From Mobula hypostoma (taxonomy: Eukaryota), in the NCBI RefSeq assembly GCF_963921235.1, contig NC_086097.1, forward strand, positions 143,406,001 through 143,470,000: a stretch of 64,000 nt of DNA, given 5' to 3'. Position numbers and translations under genes: made by a program. The notes below the pieces were generated by a model. It was not told the origin of the DNA, did not search any database, and saw only the letters and a list, made by a program, of their open reading frames with translations. Within the stretch, counting starts at the first letter, position 1; the number at the start of each line of letters is the position of its first letter. This document shows, piece by piece, positions 41,339-54,513 of this stretch.

Positions 41339-42799
41339 ATAATTCGCACACCCAGAGCTTTATATAATCATAATTCTTAATTATTTTATCACTCTGTCAT
41401 CCGACAATGAGTTAATGATGATACTGTACCATTCGTATATTCTTAGTGCCAATGTTTCCCAGTGCCTCACTGGGGCAGGTGATATGAGGATTGGAGGTGA
41501 AGTGGACGACGAAGTATGTTGTACATCCCACTGCTGAGTCTTGGAAAGTGGAGAGCTCAGGTACAGAAGTCGCATTGCTGTTGGATCTCTGTTTATTTTC
41601 TGATCCTTAGGGTTCTTCTGGGAATCAGGAATGACGAGCAGTCTTAATTCCAAGATTTTGGTTTGTTTTGGAGCACAATTAAACATACAAACACTAAGCA
41701 AACTAAATAAAGAGCTGAAAAACAATGCTGGGAGGTGAATGTGAAGACAAGAGAATATAGAAGCAAAGAAGCCAAGACGACACCTCTGAAAAATCCATCA
41801 CTTTTATAGATAAGGAAAATTCTTTGGATAGACAATGAACTAGTTACTGTATAATCTACATAATTAAAACAATTACATCACATGGATAATGTGCTAATAC
41901 TTAGCCAATGAAAAATGAGGAAGGTGAGAAACCGTTAACTGCTATACCGCTTTCTGCCAGTGAGTGGTGCTGCACCACCACATATTGTGAAAAATACGTG
42001 AATTTGTTAAGAAGTATTCTTAAAAAAAAGTGGTTTCCAACACTGAGTACAGTTTTTTGCTACAGTGCTTTCATTATGGCTCTTTATTTGTTGGGAGGAA
42101 ATGAGAAGCAAACGGGATTACATCTTCTTGCTGCTTCTTCACCGCTGTGAAAAACACACACTCTGCCTGCCTGCAGGCAGACCTGGCATCATGGAGACAA
42201 GCTTCCTCCATTGTATCCTCTGCTTCCAGACCGCCACAGGGCTGGAGTCCTGAGGGAAAGTTAAACATCTACCACTAGAGATCACTTCCTGTATCTTTTG
42301 GACATATTTGCCTGCAAGCCTGTTGAGCAGATTGCAGGAGGTGCTGGAATCGAAGATTATGAGAAAATGCCTGATGAGTCTGTTCCAATTCCTTTTAAAT
42401 TGCATCCTGTGCCCATAATGTCACCTCTCAAATGAATCACTGTGCACATCTTGTGGAGTCCCAGCACCATATAGCACAGAAATAGCCCTTCGTCCCAGCT
42501 TGTCCAGCTCATCCCAACTATTGTACTCATTGTCTTGTTCATTGAAGGCAAGTGTGCCATTTGCTTTTATTCTCACTTTGTCTACCTGTGTCACCACTTC
42601 CAAACCATCAGATTTCTGAACGTCCATCAACTCATGAACACCACCTCGTTATTCCTCTTTTGCACTATATATTTATTTTTGAAATTTACAGTGATTTTTA
42701 TGCCTTGCAACGTAATACACTGCAAAAGAGCAAATCTCTTGATGTATGACAGTGACGGTGAACCTGATTCTAATTCTAATGATTCTAATTTGTTCTGGT

Positions 42800-43645
42800 T
42801 TAAGATGGCGCTGGTGAAGCTCAGTGACTACTTACTGCTGGCAAACAAAATAAAGAGAAATACTAACTAGTTCATTAATCACACTTCTGGTAAACAATCA
42901 CTGCAATCAATAACCCGTTACTTCCCTTTTGGAGCTGAGCTTTTGAACCGCCTGTACAGCTGCCATTTTTGCAGTGTGAATTGAAGTTTCCAAGGAGCAG
43001 GACGGTTGTGGCATGGTGTGAATTGAGGTGGCGGGGCCCGGCCCTGAGGGTGGGCAATGAGCCAATATTTGCCCATAGCTGGAGCGGACATGGAGGCGAT
43101 TCTATGCGGTAAAACTGAGGTGAGGCAGAGTCAAGGTGGCGAGGCCCTAGCTCGGAGCCAAGAACGAGGAAAGAACCGAGGATTAATTGATTTAAGCACC
43201 AGGCTGAATTGAAAAGATCAGGTAAGGTGCAAGTAGAGGTTCAAGAGCGAATTGAAGTGTCCAAGAGTGAGGAGCAGCCCCAGGTTTGGATGATTTAAGC
43301 TCCGGGCCAGATTGTAAAGGTCAGAGTGTCAGAGCCAGAGCCGAGGGTTGGGCCAATTCATCTCACTGCTGTGCGAGGTTTCCTCGTCCCTGTGCTGGGC
43401 TGAGACCACAGACATGACTGCTTCATGATTGTGGATTCAGTTTTGTGAACTCCAGTTGCTTTCTTGCTTTTGTTGTTGCACGATTTGTTTTTTTTCCCTG
43501 CGCATTAGGTGTTTGGTGGCTTTCGTTTTTTTTAAATGAATTCTATTAGGTTTCTCTGTTTTGTGCCTGCCTGTAAGGAGATGAATCTCAAGGTTGTATA
43601 TAGTATACATACTTAAATAATAAATATACTTTGACTTTGACTCTG
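42800..43645 (+). mobile_element. Unclassified non-autonomous retroelement
   Basis: Starts aagatggcgc, GC-richer body, ends aataataaatatac(tttgac)n like the Rex1-type tail at 13634. Confidence 0.45.
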
Positions 43646-46629
43646 ATGTTCTTGAATCCTTAGGTCTCTGTCTACAACGCTCTTCTAGGCCCTGTCATTT
43701 ACTGTGTAAGTGTTTGCTTGGTTAAATTTCCAAAATGCATCATTTTACACATGCCTGAGTTAAAACCATATGGTGTTTCTTTACCCACTTTCCCATTTGA
43801 TGAAGATCCTATTGTAATCTTAGACAATCTTCTGCACTGTCACTACATCACCAATTTTAGTGTCACCAGAAAACTCAGATATTATGTCACATACACTCTT
43901 AGACAGATTATTAGCACACTTCACCAACAACAGGGGCCCTGCGGCACACCACAGGTCACACAACTGAAAAAATTCTCTGCTACCACTCCTTGCCTTCTAC
44001 CTTGTGGGACCTTGTCAAAAGCCTTGCTAAAGTTCCTGTTGACAATGTCTATTGCCTTGCCTGGTCAAACTCCTTAGTCACTTCTTCAAAAAACTCAGCT
44101 AAATTTGTGTGACACAATTTCCCATGCACAAAGGCATACTGACTATCCTTAATCTGTCCTTGCATTTCCAAATACAGATAGATCACTCTCCCAGCATCTG
44201 GTCCAGCAAATTTCCCATCCCTGATGTTTGATTCACTGGCCTATAGTTCCATGGTTTATCCTTGCAGCACCTCTTAAATAAAAGTTAAAACCTAAGCATT
44301 AGTGTTCTCCAGCCTTCTGGTACCTACACATGGCTAAGAAGGATACAAAAATCTCTGCATTTTTATCTGCCCTATGGCTCCCAACTTCACATGTCTAATC
44401 GATTTCTTCCTGAAATCTGTCACCATTCTTCTCTGTTCCATCTTTCTGAGTTGGGTTTCATTTGCATCCTCTAAAATTAGGCTCTGATTTAAACATCCAA
44501 GATTGTCTCCTAAATTCTTCTCATGTACGACCACAACTGGTTCAAATGGTTCCGTTTATTATCAGAGAATTTATACAGTGTACAACCTGAAACACTTGTC
44601 TTCACAGACACCCATGAAGAACCCCAAAAGAATGAACAACAGCAAAACGTTAGAACCTAAAGCCCCCCCTCTCCCCCTTCCCTGCACAAACAGCATCAAT
44701 GCATCGGCCTTCCCCCACCCATTTCAGCAAAAAGCATCAGGATACACCACCCGCCAAACAACAGCAAAGCACCCAAAGAGAGACCATGATCTGCAATCAA
44801 CAAAAATGATTGTTTACCCGATAGTTCACCATGCCCCACTAACAAAGGACAGAGCGGCATCTCCCATTTTCACAGCGAAGGAGGAGAACGAGAGTCGCTG
44901 TTACAATGTCACAGTCTGCCACGTCGCTTCTTATACCGGGATTCTCCTACAGGAGAATCAGCAGCAAACTCTCCCACCATCATCAGAGGAAGAGAGAGAG
45001 GATGCAACCATTCAACAACAGAGACCTCCGTCCATACATCTGCCTCAGCGAAATCCTGGTGTTCCAAATCTCGTGGCAAAACCGGCCTGGAATTGGTCGT
45101 CCACAGGGCCGCAATATTGCACATTAATAGAATGCTTTGTCTCCACTCTTGTTTAAGCTGCAATGTAAGTTCGATTTGCCATTGTTATTCCATCACGTTC
45201 GTGGTGTGGGATTGTCTTCCTCTGCAAAGGGTCACAGAATTAGTCATTACCTGGTTAAGCTTTAGTTTCAGCTAAATGAAGCATCATTACAGGAATTCCC
45301 ATCACATTAATAGTGATTCACCTATACATACAAATATGCAAGTTTCCTCTATTGTTGCTAAGCTCCTCTCTTCTGGATCTGTTTCTTGAATCCTAAGCTC
45401 AATAAAGATCTCTTTTTCTTTGACCTTCAATAACTAAGACAAGAGCCATTCTATCATGATCGATGATGAGGAGCTACTTGGGGAAAAGGTGGAACATAAG
45501 AGAATAAAAAGGACACCGCTTATTGTACATTGACTTTTTTGAGACCAGGACATAGTGTTCATAATCATAATGGGACACTTCCCTGAAGGCGTATTGAAAC
45601 TCCTAGACTCCTACAGAAGACAGGGGGTAGTTCAACTTATGATCATCCATATCATGAATATGATGTCATACGATGACACTGGTGGCAACCTAATTCAGTT
45701 GCTCATGCATACATGTTAGGGCAAGAAATTTCTGATTCAAGTCCTTCTATGGGATATGATTCAAGGCGTTGCTTTTCTGATAAGTTGTTAAATGATCCTT
45801 TAGGCAGTAAAACTATGAGTTAACTAGAAGTCTCTTACTCAGTGATTCCAATATGGCAGGATATTGGAATGAGAAAGACACCGGAACAGAGGGTTACTAT
45901 TTCAATAGTTCCATTTAATATCAGAGAATGTATACTATAGACAACCTGAAATTCTTGTTCTTCACAGACATCCACGAAAACAGTACCCCAAGGAATGAAT
46001 GACAGAAAAAACTTTAGAACCCCAAAGCCCCCTTACTCCCTTCTCCCACACGCAAACAGCAGCAAAGCATCAACCCTTTGCCTGCCCCGCTAGTTAACAG
46101 CATACATAACCACAGATGTAGACACGGAAAAGGTGGCTTGTATTAAACGAAAACTTTGCATCTATCTTCACGATGGAATCAGATGGTGTGAAGCTCCTCT
46201 AAAACTTGGGAGGATATTTATTGGCAAGATAACAGCGCACAGAGAAGATGTATAAAGGCTGACATTACTGAAAGATGGTAAGGTACCAAGAAAAAGAAGT
46301 CAAGTTCCCTTGAGAATGTTTTTTGGTGTTAATAAATATCATATCAGTACCGCTAACCTGTCTGTCTCACAGAATGCTCAGTGTCATACAGGTGATATTA
46401 ACATCTGCAATTATGTAGAGCTAGAGATAATACATTACAGTTTGCAAAGGAGGTCATCAGGGGTGTCTGTTTAAAGAGAGCTGGCCATGTTTGATATATG
46501 TCAGAGAAGAGTGAGTGGGGCAAGGCCCCATCAGGCTTCCCATGGTGCAAGGTGCTAGTGAGCACAGAAAACCTTCAAGGTGTAGTTTACTGAAAACACT
46601 CCCTCAATATCAAGCTGTGGTAACTGTCA

Positions 46630-47360
46630 AACATGGAATTACTTTCTAAAGTGGCTGAGGGGCCTATGTGGGATCTACAAACTCTTCCAGTGGAGGATTT
46701 GCTTGCTAAGGCAGGTTGGCGAGTGCTTTCAGGACGATGTGTATTCCTCTTACTGTTTTTATTTGACTTCTGCATGCTCTCGTCAGAGAGATTCACGATG
46801 CTCAGCACCTTCTCTTTGTGGATGCTCGTGGGCCAGGGATACCTGTGATCCTGCAAGGGTATTACGATTTTCGATTAGACCTCAAGCATTTTCTCTATCC
46901 TTTCTGAAATCTCATGGTGTGACAGAGTTCCCGCTTCTGGAGTCTGTTGTCAGCTACTGGAGCTGGATGGGCTGGATCAAAGCCTCAGTGCAAGGATGTG
47001 GCCTTGGAGGTGATATTGGTTTGTGGAATTGGAGGTGTTTTGCAGGGATACCTTTGGTGGTATCTCCCCGAATACTTTGAGATTTCTGCTCTAGGTTGCC
47101 CATGCCCCCTTAGCATACGGGAGGATTTGGCTCATTGTTATCTGGTGTCAATAACAAACTCAGTTTATCCATTTCCAAAATTAAAAACCTGGAATCTGAC
47201 TTCATAATTCACAACTCCGATATTGTGATCGAGGTGTCAGGGCATGCTTTGCACTGCCTCTGGTGCAACATATCCCTCTAATCACTGTACAACCAGAAAC
47301 AGATCAATATGAATTCAAGTCTGATCAAAGCCCTGTATGACTGGATCATTGTGTTTTTAA
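46630..47360 (-). mobile_element. Highly decayed RTE-like LINE 3' fragment
   Basis: GRVCRSHIG C-terminal motif on minus strand; boundaries uncertain. Confidence 0.4.
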
Positions 47361-47960
47361 CAAGGACTTTCCTTTTGGCTTTTTACTTGCTTTGTCACTC
47401 TGCACTTCTTGGACATACTTAGCATCATACCTGTAGGGCTGCTAGATCTTTTTCAGCTTCAGTTTTTACTATTTCAACATAATTTGCAAATTGTGTTATC
47501 TAGGGTTCATTCATAGTGCAATACCTTAGGAGCTGTTTGCATTAAATCTCATCTGTTACTGTTTTGCCAATTTGTGTACAGTACTTAGTTCAACTCATTT
47601 TGTAACTCCTGAGCTACGATCCAACTGTCCACCTGCATAATTTGTCTAAATTATAATCAACAGTTGACCCACCAATGAGGATGCCCATTCAGTGTTTTCC
47701 CCCCTATGTATTTCTTAGCAGTGATGTCACGTTTCCAGCAATTGGCCACTACTTCAGAGAATGGTCAGCAAATAACACACAAAATGCTTAGCTTCAGAAA
47801 TAGGTTGACCAAGTCAGAATTCCACAATTATTGTGAAAATTGATTGGCCTTATTAATCTCACAGAAAAAAAAAGATTTTATTTATTTAATTATTTAAGGA
47901 TATTCCAGCAATGTTCATCTCTAGGTGAGTTCAGCAATGGCGGTAGCCAGGGACAACCTT

Positions 47961-48267
47961 TTTCTTCCCAAGTCTTTTTTATTAATTTTCGAAATTATAA
48001 ACGTAACAATGACATTGATAAACAGAGAACGGGATTACATTATTAATAGCTAACATTTGCAAATATAAATTGCTGATAATACAAGTATATTAGATCACCC
48101 CAACTCTATATACAATTGAACATGGTAAAAGCTAAATGGAAAAAAAACTAAAAAAAAAACCCAAACTGGAAAAGAAAAAAAACACACTAAATTGAGCTAA
48201 GCAAAACTAAACAAAACTCAAACAAAGTCGGGCTAACATATTACATTGGATACAATCATTGATGGCA
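47961..48267 (-). mobile_element. Short retrotransposed insert with 12-bp TSD
   Basis: agggacaacctt at 47949-47960 and 48268-48279; AATAAA and A-rich end on minus strand at the left boundary. Confidence 0.65.
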
Positions 48268-49822
48268 AGGGACAACCTTAACCGAGCTTGGCAAAATGGC
48301 TTTACTGAATCTTTTCCTGGGTAAAAGAAGTATCAGGAGGTAAATATCTCAGTCCTCCGATAGAGCTAAATGAAGTTAAAGACACCTAAGAACATGACTA
48401 CTGATTGCTTCAACTAGTAGCAATGGTTAGTGAGGACCTGTTTTGCCTCTCGCTGTGAGGTGTGTTCACTGCTCCCTGTTCATAGGTTCTTCATTCCAAT
48501 CCCCTCGCAGTGTGTGAGCTGCAGTTACTGCACAGTTCTACAGATCTGTGTTGGTTATTGAATGATATTAAAGGATTATAGTTAAGGTTATTATCCAGCA
48601 CTTGCTGGACTTGCCTGCTGTTGATTGATCCATTATTCTGCTTAACATAGTGTCAGTCTACTGGCACTATCTCTAGGCTAGCCCAGGGTTTCACTCATCA
48701 CTGTCTTGGTCTCAATCCATGAACTCCCTCACTGCTGCCTGGACGTTTAAAGCACTGGTTAAAAGAATGTGCCAAATAATGATGTGCTGGATAACCAGGA
48801 CTCTACCATTACTATCCACGGATCACTAAGATGAAAAATTCCAATGTCTTGAAAATGGAAGCCCTCTCAATTTTAATACAAAATGCTCAGCCCACTTTCC
48901 AGTGATCACCCTCCCTGCAGCTTCTGTCAAAGAGACTTTAACCTGAAACACCAACTCTGTTTCACTTCCCACAGATGCTGCCTGACCTGCTGAGCAGTTC
49001 CTGCTTTTTCTGTGTGTATTTCCAGTGCCTGCAGTTCTTTTGACAATCTATACAAGCTTGCTGCAGTTTTGTAGCCATAACATAAAACAACAGACATGAA
49101 GTCTCAAACAGTTCGATTTAATATCGGTGAATGTATACAGTACACAACCTGAAATTCTTACTCTTCACAGACATCCACGAAACAGAAAAAAACCCCAAAA
49201 GAATAAATGACAGAAACATTAGAACCGCAATAGAGAAACAAGTCTACCTTTCCCCAAGGTCTGGATGTCATGGCTGCCATTCAAGTTAGTGGAGGATTTC
49301 CTTGGATCAGGTGCAGTTAAACTGTAGTCTACAGCAAAGTAATTATTGCTCGATCAAAACTGACTTCAGAAAGTCATCAGTTAGAAGAGTGAGGTGATCA
49401 CTGAATGGCTGGAACTGTGAAAGTGGATTCGCAGCAGGTTAAAATTATGCACGCCAGAACTGAAAAACCAAAGCAGTAAAACAGCAACTCCCAATTATTG
49501 ATTGATCATTAATATTCATTGTTGGGTTTTTCTGCTTACCTTTATTCCCTGTTTGTAAATTTCTAAACACAAATAGATTAAGAAAAAGATTGTTAGGGCA
49601 GACACCAACAGGAGTTTGTTTTGGTTGACAACCATCCAGGACTAGAATACAGAATCTATCTGAAAAACAAACAGAGCTGGTCATTCTTGCCATCAAAGAG
49701 ATATTCAAGGTCAGGGATAATAATTAACCTCAGCAACAAATATGTAACTTAGTAGAAGGAAGCCTTTGCTGGTGTGTTGCAGCAGTTTTGACTGGACTGT
49801 TACACAGGAGGCCTCTGACGGG

Positions 49823-50002
49823 ATGAGATCCTGGTTGACTGCCCTTGTGTGTGTCGCTGCGGCTGCAGTGGGGCATGGCGGCCCGATCCTACGGAAACCA
49901 ACATCCAAGGATGCTCTGCAAGCTGCCATCCACAAATACAATGCAGGGTCTGGCCAGGAAAACCTCTATAAGCTCACGGGAGCATACTGCATCGCAATGA
50001 AG
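49823..50002 (+). CDS. Cathelicidin-like precursor exon 1 (signal peptide and N-terminal cathelin)
   Basis: MRSWLTALVCVAAAAVGHGGPILRKPTSKDALQAAIHKYNAGSGQENLYKLTGAYCIAMK|gtatag; 180 nt, phase 0; hydrophobic leader; ALQAAIHKYN...ENLYKL parallels cathelin AVLRAVDxxN...ANLYRL. Confidence 0.82.
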
Positions 50003-51040
50003 GTATAGAAGTACCATTGAACTAATGGGATTGTGAAACTGGATTCACAATGATTTTTAATGCTTCAGGATTGGCAGCTGGTTTAGAGCCAGCAGGCCAT
50101 GCCATTCTCTTGTATCTTGCCAGAGGCAAGGGAAAGCCATGAAGCTAGCTTCCCCTGGCTGCTTATGGTTTTGAGAGGTAGTGAAAGCTTCAAGTTAGAG
50201 TTGGCACCACTCCCACCTAATTATCAGTGAGGATGTGGCCTGCTCCAAGATGAACTGCTCTTTGGCCAGATGTCTAAAGTTCATGCCTGTTTTGTGCCAT
50301 TGGCCTGTTTAAAATGGACGCTGGAGTCATGTGATGTAAATAGGGAACAGATTATTATTTATTTTGTAACCTGCACTGAGCACAATCCAAACAATTCCTG
50401 GTCTTTTTCAGCTCAAGAGGAGATCAAAAGGAAAGTGTTCAGTTATCTCTAAATAAGCTTTTATTAGTCACAAATATAGCCCGAACCTCTAACTCCATTC
50501 AGCGAACATATACCTTGCTGATGGCAGCCCTGACACAATTGAGAAGCTTCTACCCAGTGAGATGTATCAGTTGCTTTTTTCAGAAACTAATCAGCTTTCA
50601 AGGACATCAGAAGCAAGTCTGAACTTGTACTTCCCTGATTTGGTTACAGTCCCTCCCCAGTGTTAATTACAGAGCAATAATCAAGAGTTGTTCACTAAAC
50701 TGGTTTGCATTTCCTTCTGTATTCTGGTGAGAAATTGAGCTTTATAAACTTTCACACATCCAGGGACAAATTTGGTCCAGGCAGATGGTGTGGCTGGGAG
50801 CTGAGGAAATGTCGTTTCTGTTTTATGTAGTGTGACAATGGATGAAGTTCAATTTCAGATGCAAATCTGCTTTCTGCTGTTTTCTATTTTTATTCAGAAT
50901 TGTTACTTTTCTGTTCAGAGGTTTGATTTTTATTTTGAATGTCTTCTGGTGCTTTTAAATTCGTTATTTGTAAATTTGTCAATGTATCAGTCTGAAGCCC
51001 ATGGCACAGGCCTGAAAACTCTTATAGAAACACAGTAAGT

Positions 51041-51350
51041 GTGGGCATGTGGCCAAGTGGTTAAGACACTTGACTAGCGACCTGAAGGTCATGAGTTCGA
51101 GCCTCAGCTGAGGAAGCGTGTTGAGTCCTTGAATAAGGCACTTAACCACACAGTGCTCTGCGACGACACCGGTGCCAAGCTGTATCTGCCCTTTCCCTTC
51201 CCTTGGACAACATTGGTGTCGTGGAGAGGGGAGACTTGCAGCATGGGCAACTGCCGGTCTTCCATACAACCTTGCCCAGGCCTGTGCCCTGGAGAGTGAA
51301 GACTTTCCAGGCGCAGATCCATGGTCTCGCAAGACTAACGAATGCCTTTA
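51041..51350 (+). mobile_element. tRNA-derived SINE
   Basis: A box tggccaagtgg (51050-51060) and B box gagttcgagcc (~51093-51103), followed by ~240 nt of non-tRNA body. Confidence 0.8.
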
Positions 51351-53119
51351 ATAGGATGAAACTCTATTCTCCTAGTGAATGCAAGGAGCAATACTGATTT
51401 ACCCATGGAGCAGAATCTCTGAAGGTTTTCATCATTCTGGACAAGCAGATATCTGAGAATAATGGTGGAGGGCCATAGTCTAATGCAGTGTCCTCCTTCC
51501 TTCCCCTCCCTGTGTCACCCTGCCCTGCCACTTTTCTATTTCTATACCAGGAAACCCAAAACACAGTTCTTGAGTTGGGCTGTATCTTACTGCAGGCTGC
51601 TGTACCTTTAAAGACTCAGAAATGAGTTTGTTTAACACCACAGGTCAGCAGATATGCTAAATCCATACAGAATAGGCACCTGGTCTTTAACCCAGGCCAT
51701 AATGACCTGAGACAGCATCCCCACTACCCCTGTACAAAATGCACAGTGTAGTTTTTGCCAAACAAGTCCCGAGGCTATGGTGTACAAATCTAATGATCTC
51801 CTTAAGGTGGCAGTAAGGGTAGATAGTGTTGTCACGAAAGCATGTTGGATGCCGGTCTTCATTAGCTGGGGAATAGAATATAAGAGAGGGCAATTATGCT
51901 ACAACAGCAAGTTGTCGGCATCTTGGATGAAAGCCTCGCAGTGCTGAGGATAGCATGGGGTGGGTGCGGGGGCAGTGGGAGGAAAGGATAACATCTTCAC
52001 CATTTCTTAAAGTGGAGCGGTACTATGGGATGACTAGACCATACAGATGCCTTGTTCATGATTCAGTCAAAATGAGGCACGTTCAGGCAAGTATCAATGT
52101 TACAGTGGCATTTGTTACAGAGGAAGGGCATGCATACTCTCTTGTACAGGTCACGCGAACTTAGCTGATGAACTCCTATACAGTAATATTATTAAATTCA
52201 CAAGCCCCATGTATGGACCCACTCCTAGTTCCTGCAAATGGCAGTGTGAATTTTCTCTCTCACTCTCCACTTTTAGTAATTGTCACAGTAACAATGGAGG
52301 TATGGTTACCTTATCAAATAATATTTGTGTATTTTCCGACTTATGGACAGAATTGACTTGCGGACATCTGGAGAAACAGGACCTGTCTCTTTACTTTAGA
52401 ACAGCCTGGGCTGAACAACATTCCTCATCGAATAAGACCATTAAAGTGCAGATCAACTGGCCTATTGGTCAGGACATCTTGCAGCTACATAAGTGAAAGC
52501 TCTACCCTGAGGATTCTAGAGACGAGGGATAGTAGAAGCTCGGGGAAAGTGGGAGTGGGGCAGGGTGGGTGACAAACCTACCATGGGCCAGACCCTGGCA
52601 ATGTATGTGGACCACTATAAAGCCAAGAAGGCTCTTAATGGAGATACTGATGGGAAAGTACAGTGATGGAAAAGAGCAAAAGGACCCACGGTCTGCTTTT
52701 AATAGACGGGGAACTGCCGAGGCAGTATTAGTTTGTATCTAACTGCTGCAGTATCTGCCCCAGAACTATTTGATGAGCAACGTACTGTAATTGGAACTTC
52801 ACCCTGTATTTTTCCCTGCTTTATTTGTTGTGTTTGGAAGGGAATCGTGGGGAACTTTACTCCAAATCTGACCTGCCTTGGAAATATCTGATGGGGAAAA
52901 GTGGAGGTAACTTTACCCGGTGTCCATAGTGTGGAAGTTTATGTTGTGGAATAAAGTTATTAGATTTTTAAAAATACTGTTTCTCTGAAAAAAAAAGTCT
53001 CAGCTGGTGAACAGATCAGTCCATTGAAGAAAATAAAGCAAACGTATATTAACAAACTTGATTCACTGGGAGGCACTGCTGAGAGTATGCAATGACTTCA
53101 CAATCTCTTCTTTCTGTAG

Positions 53120-53227
53120 GAACTAACACAAGGCAGGGAATACGAGATTGGATTTTCCCTCATGGAGACTGTATGCACTAAGGGAATGGAGGACAGAATG
53201 CAACAGTGTGCATTTATGGAGAATGGG
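53120..53227 (+). CDS. Cathelicidin-like precursor exon 2
   Basis: tctcttctttctgtag|GAA...GGG|gtacgt; 108 nt, phase 0/0; ELTQGREYEIGFSLMETVCTKGMEDRMQQCAFMENG matches cathelin F-x-x-x-ETVC-x10-C-x-F-x-x-x-G. Confidence 0.88.
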
Positions 53228-53695
53228 GTACGTGTGCTTCTGCTGTCACTGTGTCAGTGTCTCTTTGACAATGGTGACCTGATGGGATTGCCTGTATTTC
53301 ACAGATTTCCCCTTTTGACTTCGGGTGATAGAGGGGGGAGAGATCCTGGTTCTAGGCCAGTGGGTAGTCTATCCACTTTGCTGCAGTGATGAATATTGTT
53401 GATTCTAAACCTCCCACTGGGAACCAAGCAAGTATAGTAAATGCAGGTTCAAGCATCCAAACACCCTTGCTCTAGGGATTGTCTTTTGTCTTTAATATGG
53501 AAAATCTTGCAAATTACAGATGGAGAGAGGGATTGTCTGAACAAGAGATTCCCAGCCAAGGGTCCACTGAGCCCTCAGTTAATGGTAAGGGCCCATGGCA
53601 TAAAAAAGGTTGGGAACCCTGGTGGTTCCTGTGTTGATTTATAAAGATGCATTGAACCCCTTGCTACTGTCTGTATTATGTCTTTCCCATGTAGG

Positions 53696-54351
53696 TTCGA
53701 AGAAGGAGTCTGAGAGGGAGTGCCGAAAAAGAGATTTTTGAAATTTTCGTTATTTTTTTTCTCCAACGGCTTTCTGAGAGGCGGGACTGCGCAGGCGTGT
53801 GACGTCGGGCAGTGCAGCGCGGCAGATTTAAAAGGGCAGACATCCTGCTTCGGATTTGATTCGAAGAAGGAGTCTGAGAGTCTGAGTGGGAGTGCCGAAA
53901 AAGAGATTTTTGAAATTTTCGTTATTTTTTTTCTCCAACGGCTTTCTGAGAGGCGGGACTGCGCAGGCGTGTGACGTCGGGCAGTGCAGCGCGGCAGATT
54001 TAAAAGGGCAGACATCCTGCTTCGGATTTGATTCGAAGAAGGAGTCTGAGAGTCTGAGCGGGAGTGCCGAAAAAGAGATTTTTGAAATTTTCGTTATTTT
54101 TTTTCTCCAACGGCTTTCTGAGAGGCGGGACTGCGCAGGCGTGTGACGTCGGGCAGTGCAGCGCGGCAGATTTAAAAGGGCAGACATCCTGCTTCGGATT
54201 TGATTCGAAGAAGGAGTCTGAGAGTCTGAGTGGGAGTGCCGAAAAAGAGATTTTTGAAATTTTCGTTATTTTTTTTCTCCAACGGCTTTCTGAGAGGCGG
54301 GACTGCGCAGGCGTGTGACGTCGGGCAGTGCAGCGCGGCAGATTTAAAAGG
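53696..54351 (+). repeat. 172-bp tandem array (~3.9 units) at CR1 5' end
   Basis: ttcgaagaagg starts at 53696, 53860, 54032, 54204; units almost identical (first has an 8-nt deletion). Confidence 0.95.
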
Positions 54352-54513
54352 CACAGAACCTCAGAGAGCGGGCAGCGTAGTTTGCGGGCGGCGGAGTGAG
54401 CCGGGAGCAGAGTGAAGACTTAAGGGCTTCGGCTCACCGGGCTTAGGCGGAAGCGGGCGAGGCGAGGAAGGTTTGACATTCATTTTCTGTTGCTATTTGA
54501 GGAGAGGGGCATT

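Noticed and set aside
44503-45156. 217-aa ORF
   Set aside because: Non-ATG start, overlaps a repeat found three times locally, no recognisable domain or splice structure.
49291-49301. NF-kB-like site ggaggatttcc upstream of the cathelicidin-like ATG
   Set aside because: Does not fit GGGRNNYYCC; a single degenerate match is uninformative.
51041-51115. Possible tRNA gene
   Set aside because: A and B boxes are present but there is no clean cloverleaf or terminator, and it continues into a ~240-nt body typical of a SINE.
53575-54415. Repeated 60-146 aa ORFs on both strands; CRISPR-like appearance
   Set aside because: By-products of the 172-bp tandem array; units are contiguous with no unique spacers and the context is eukaryotic.
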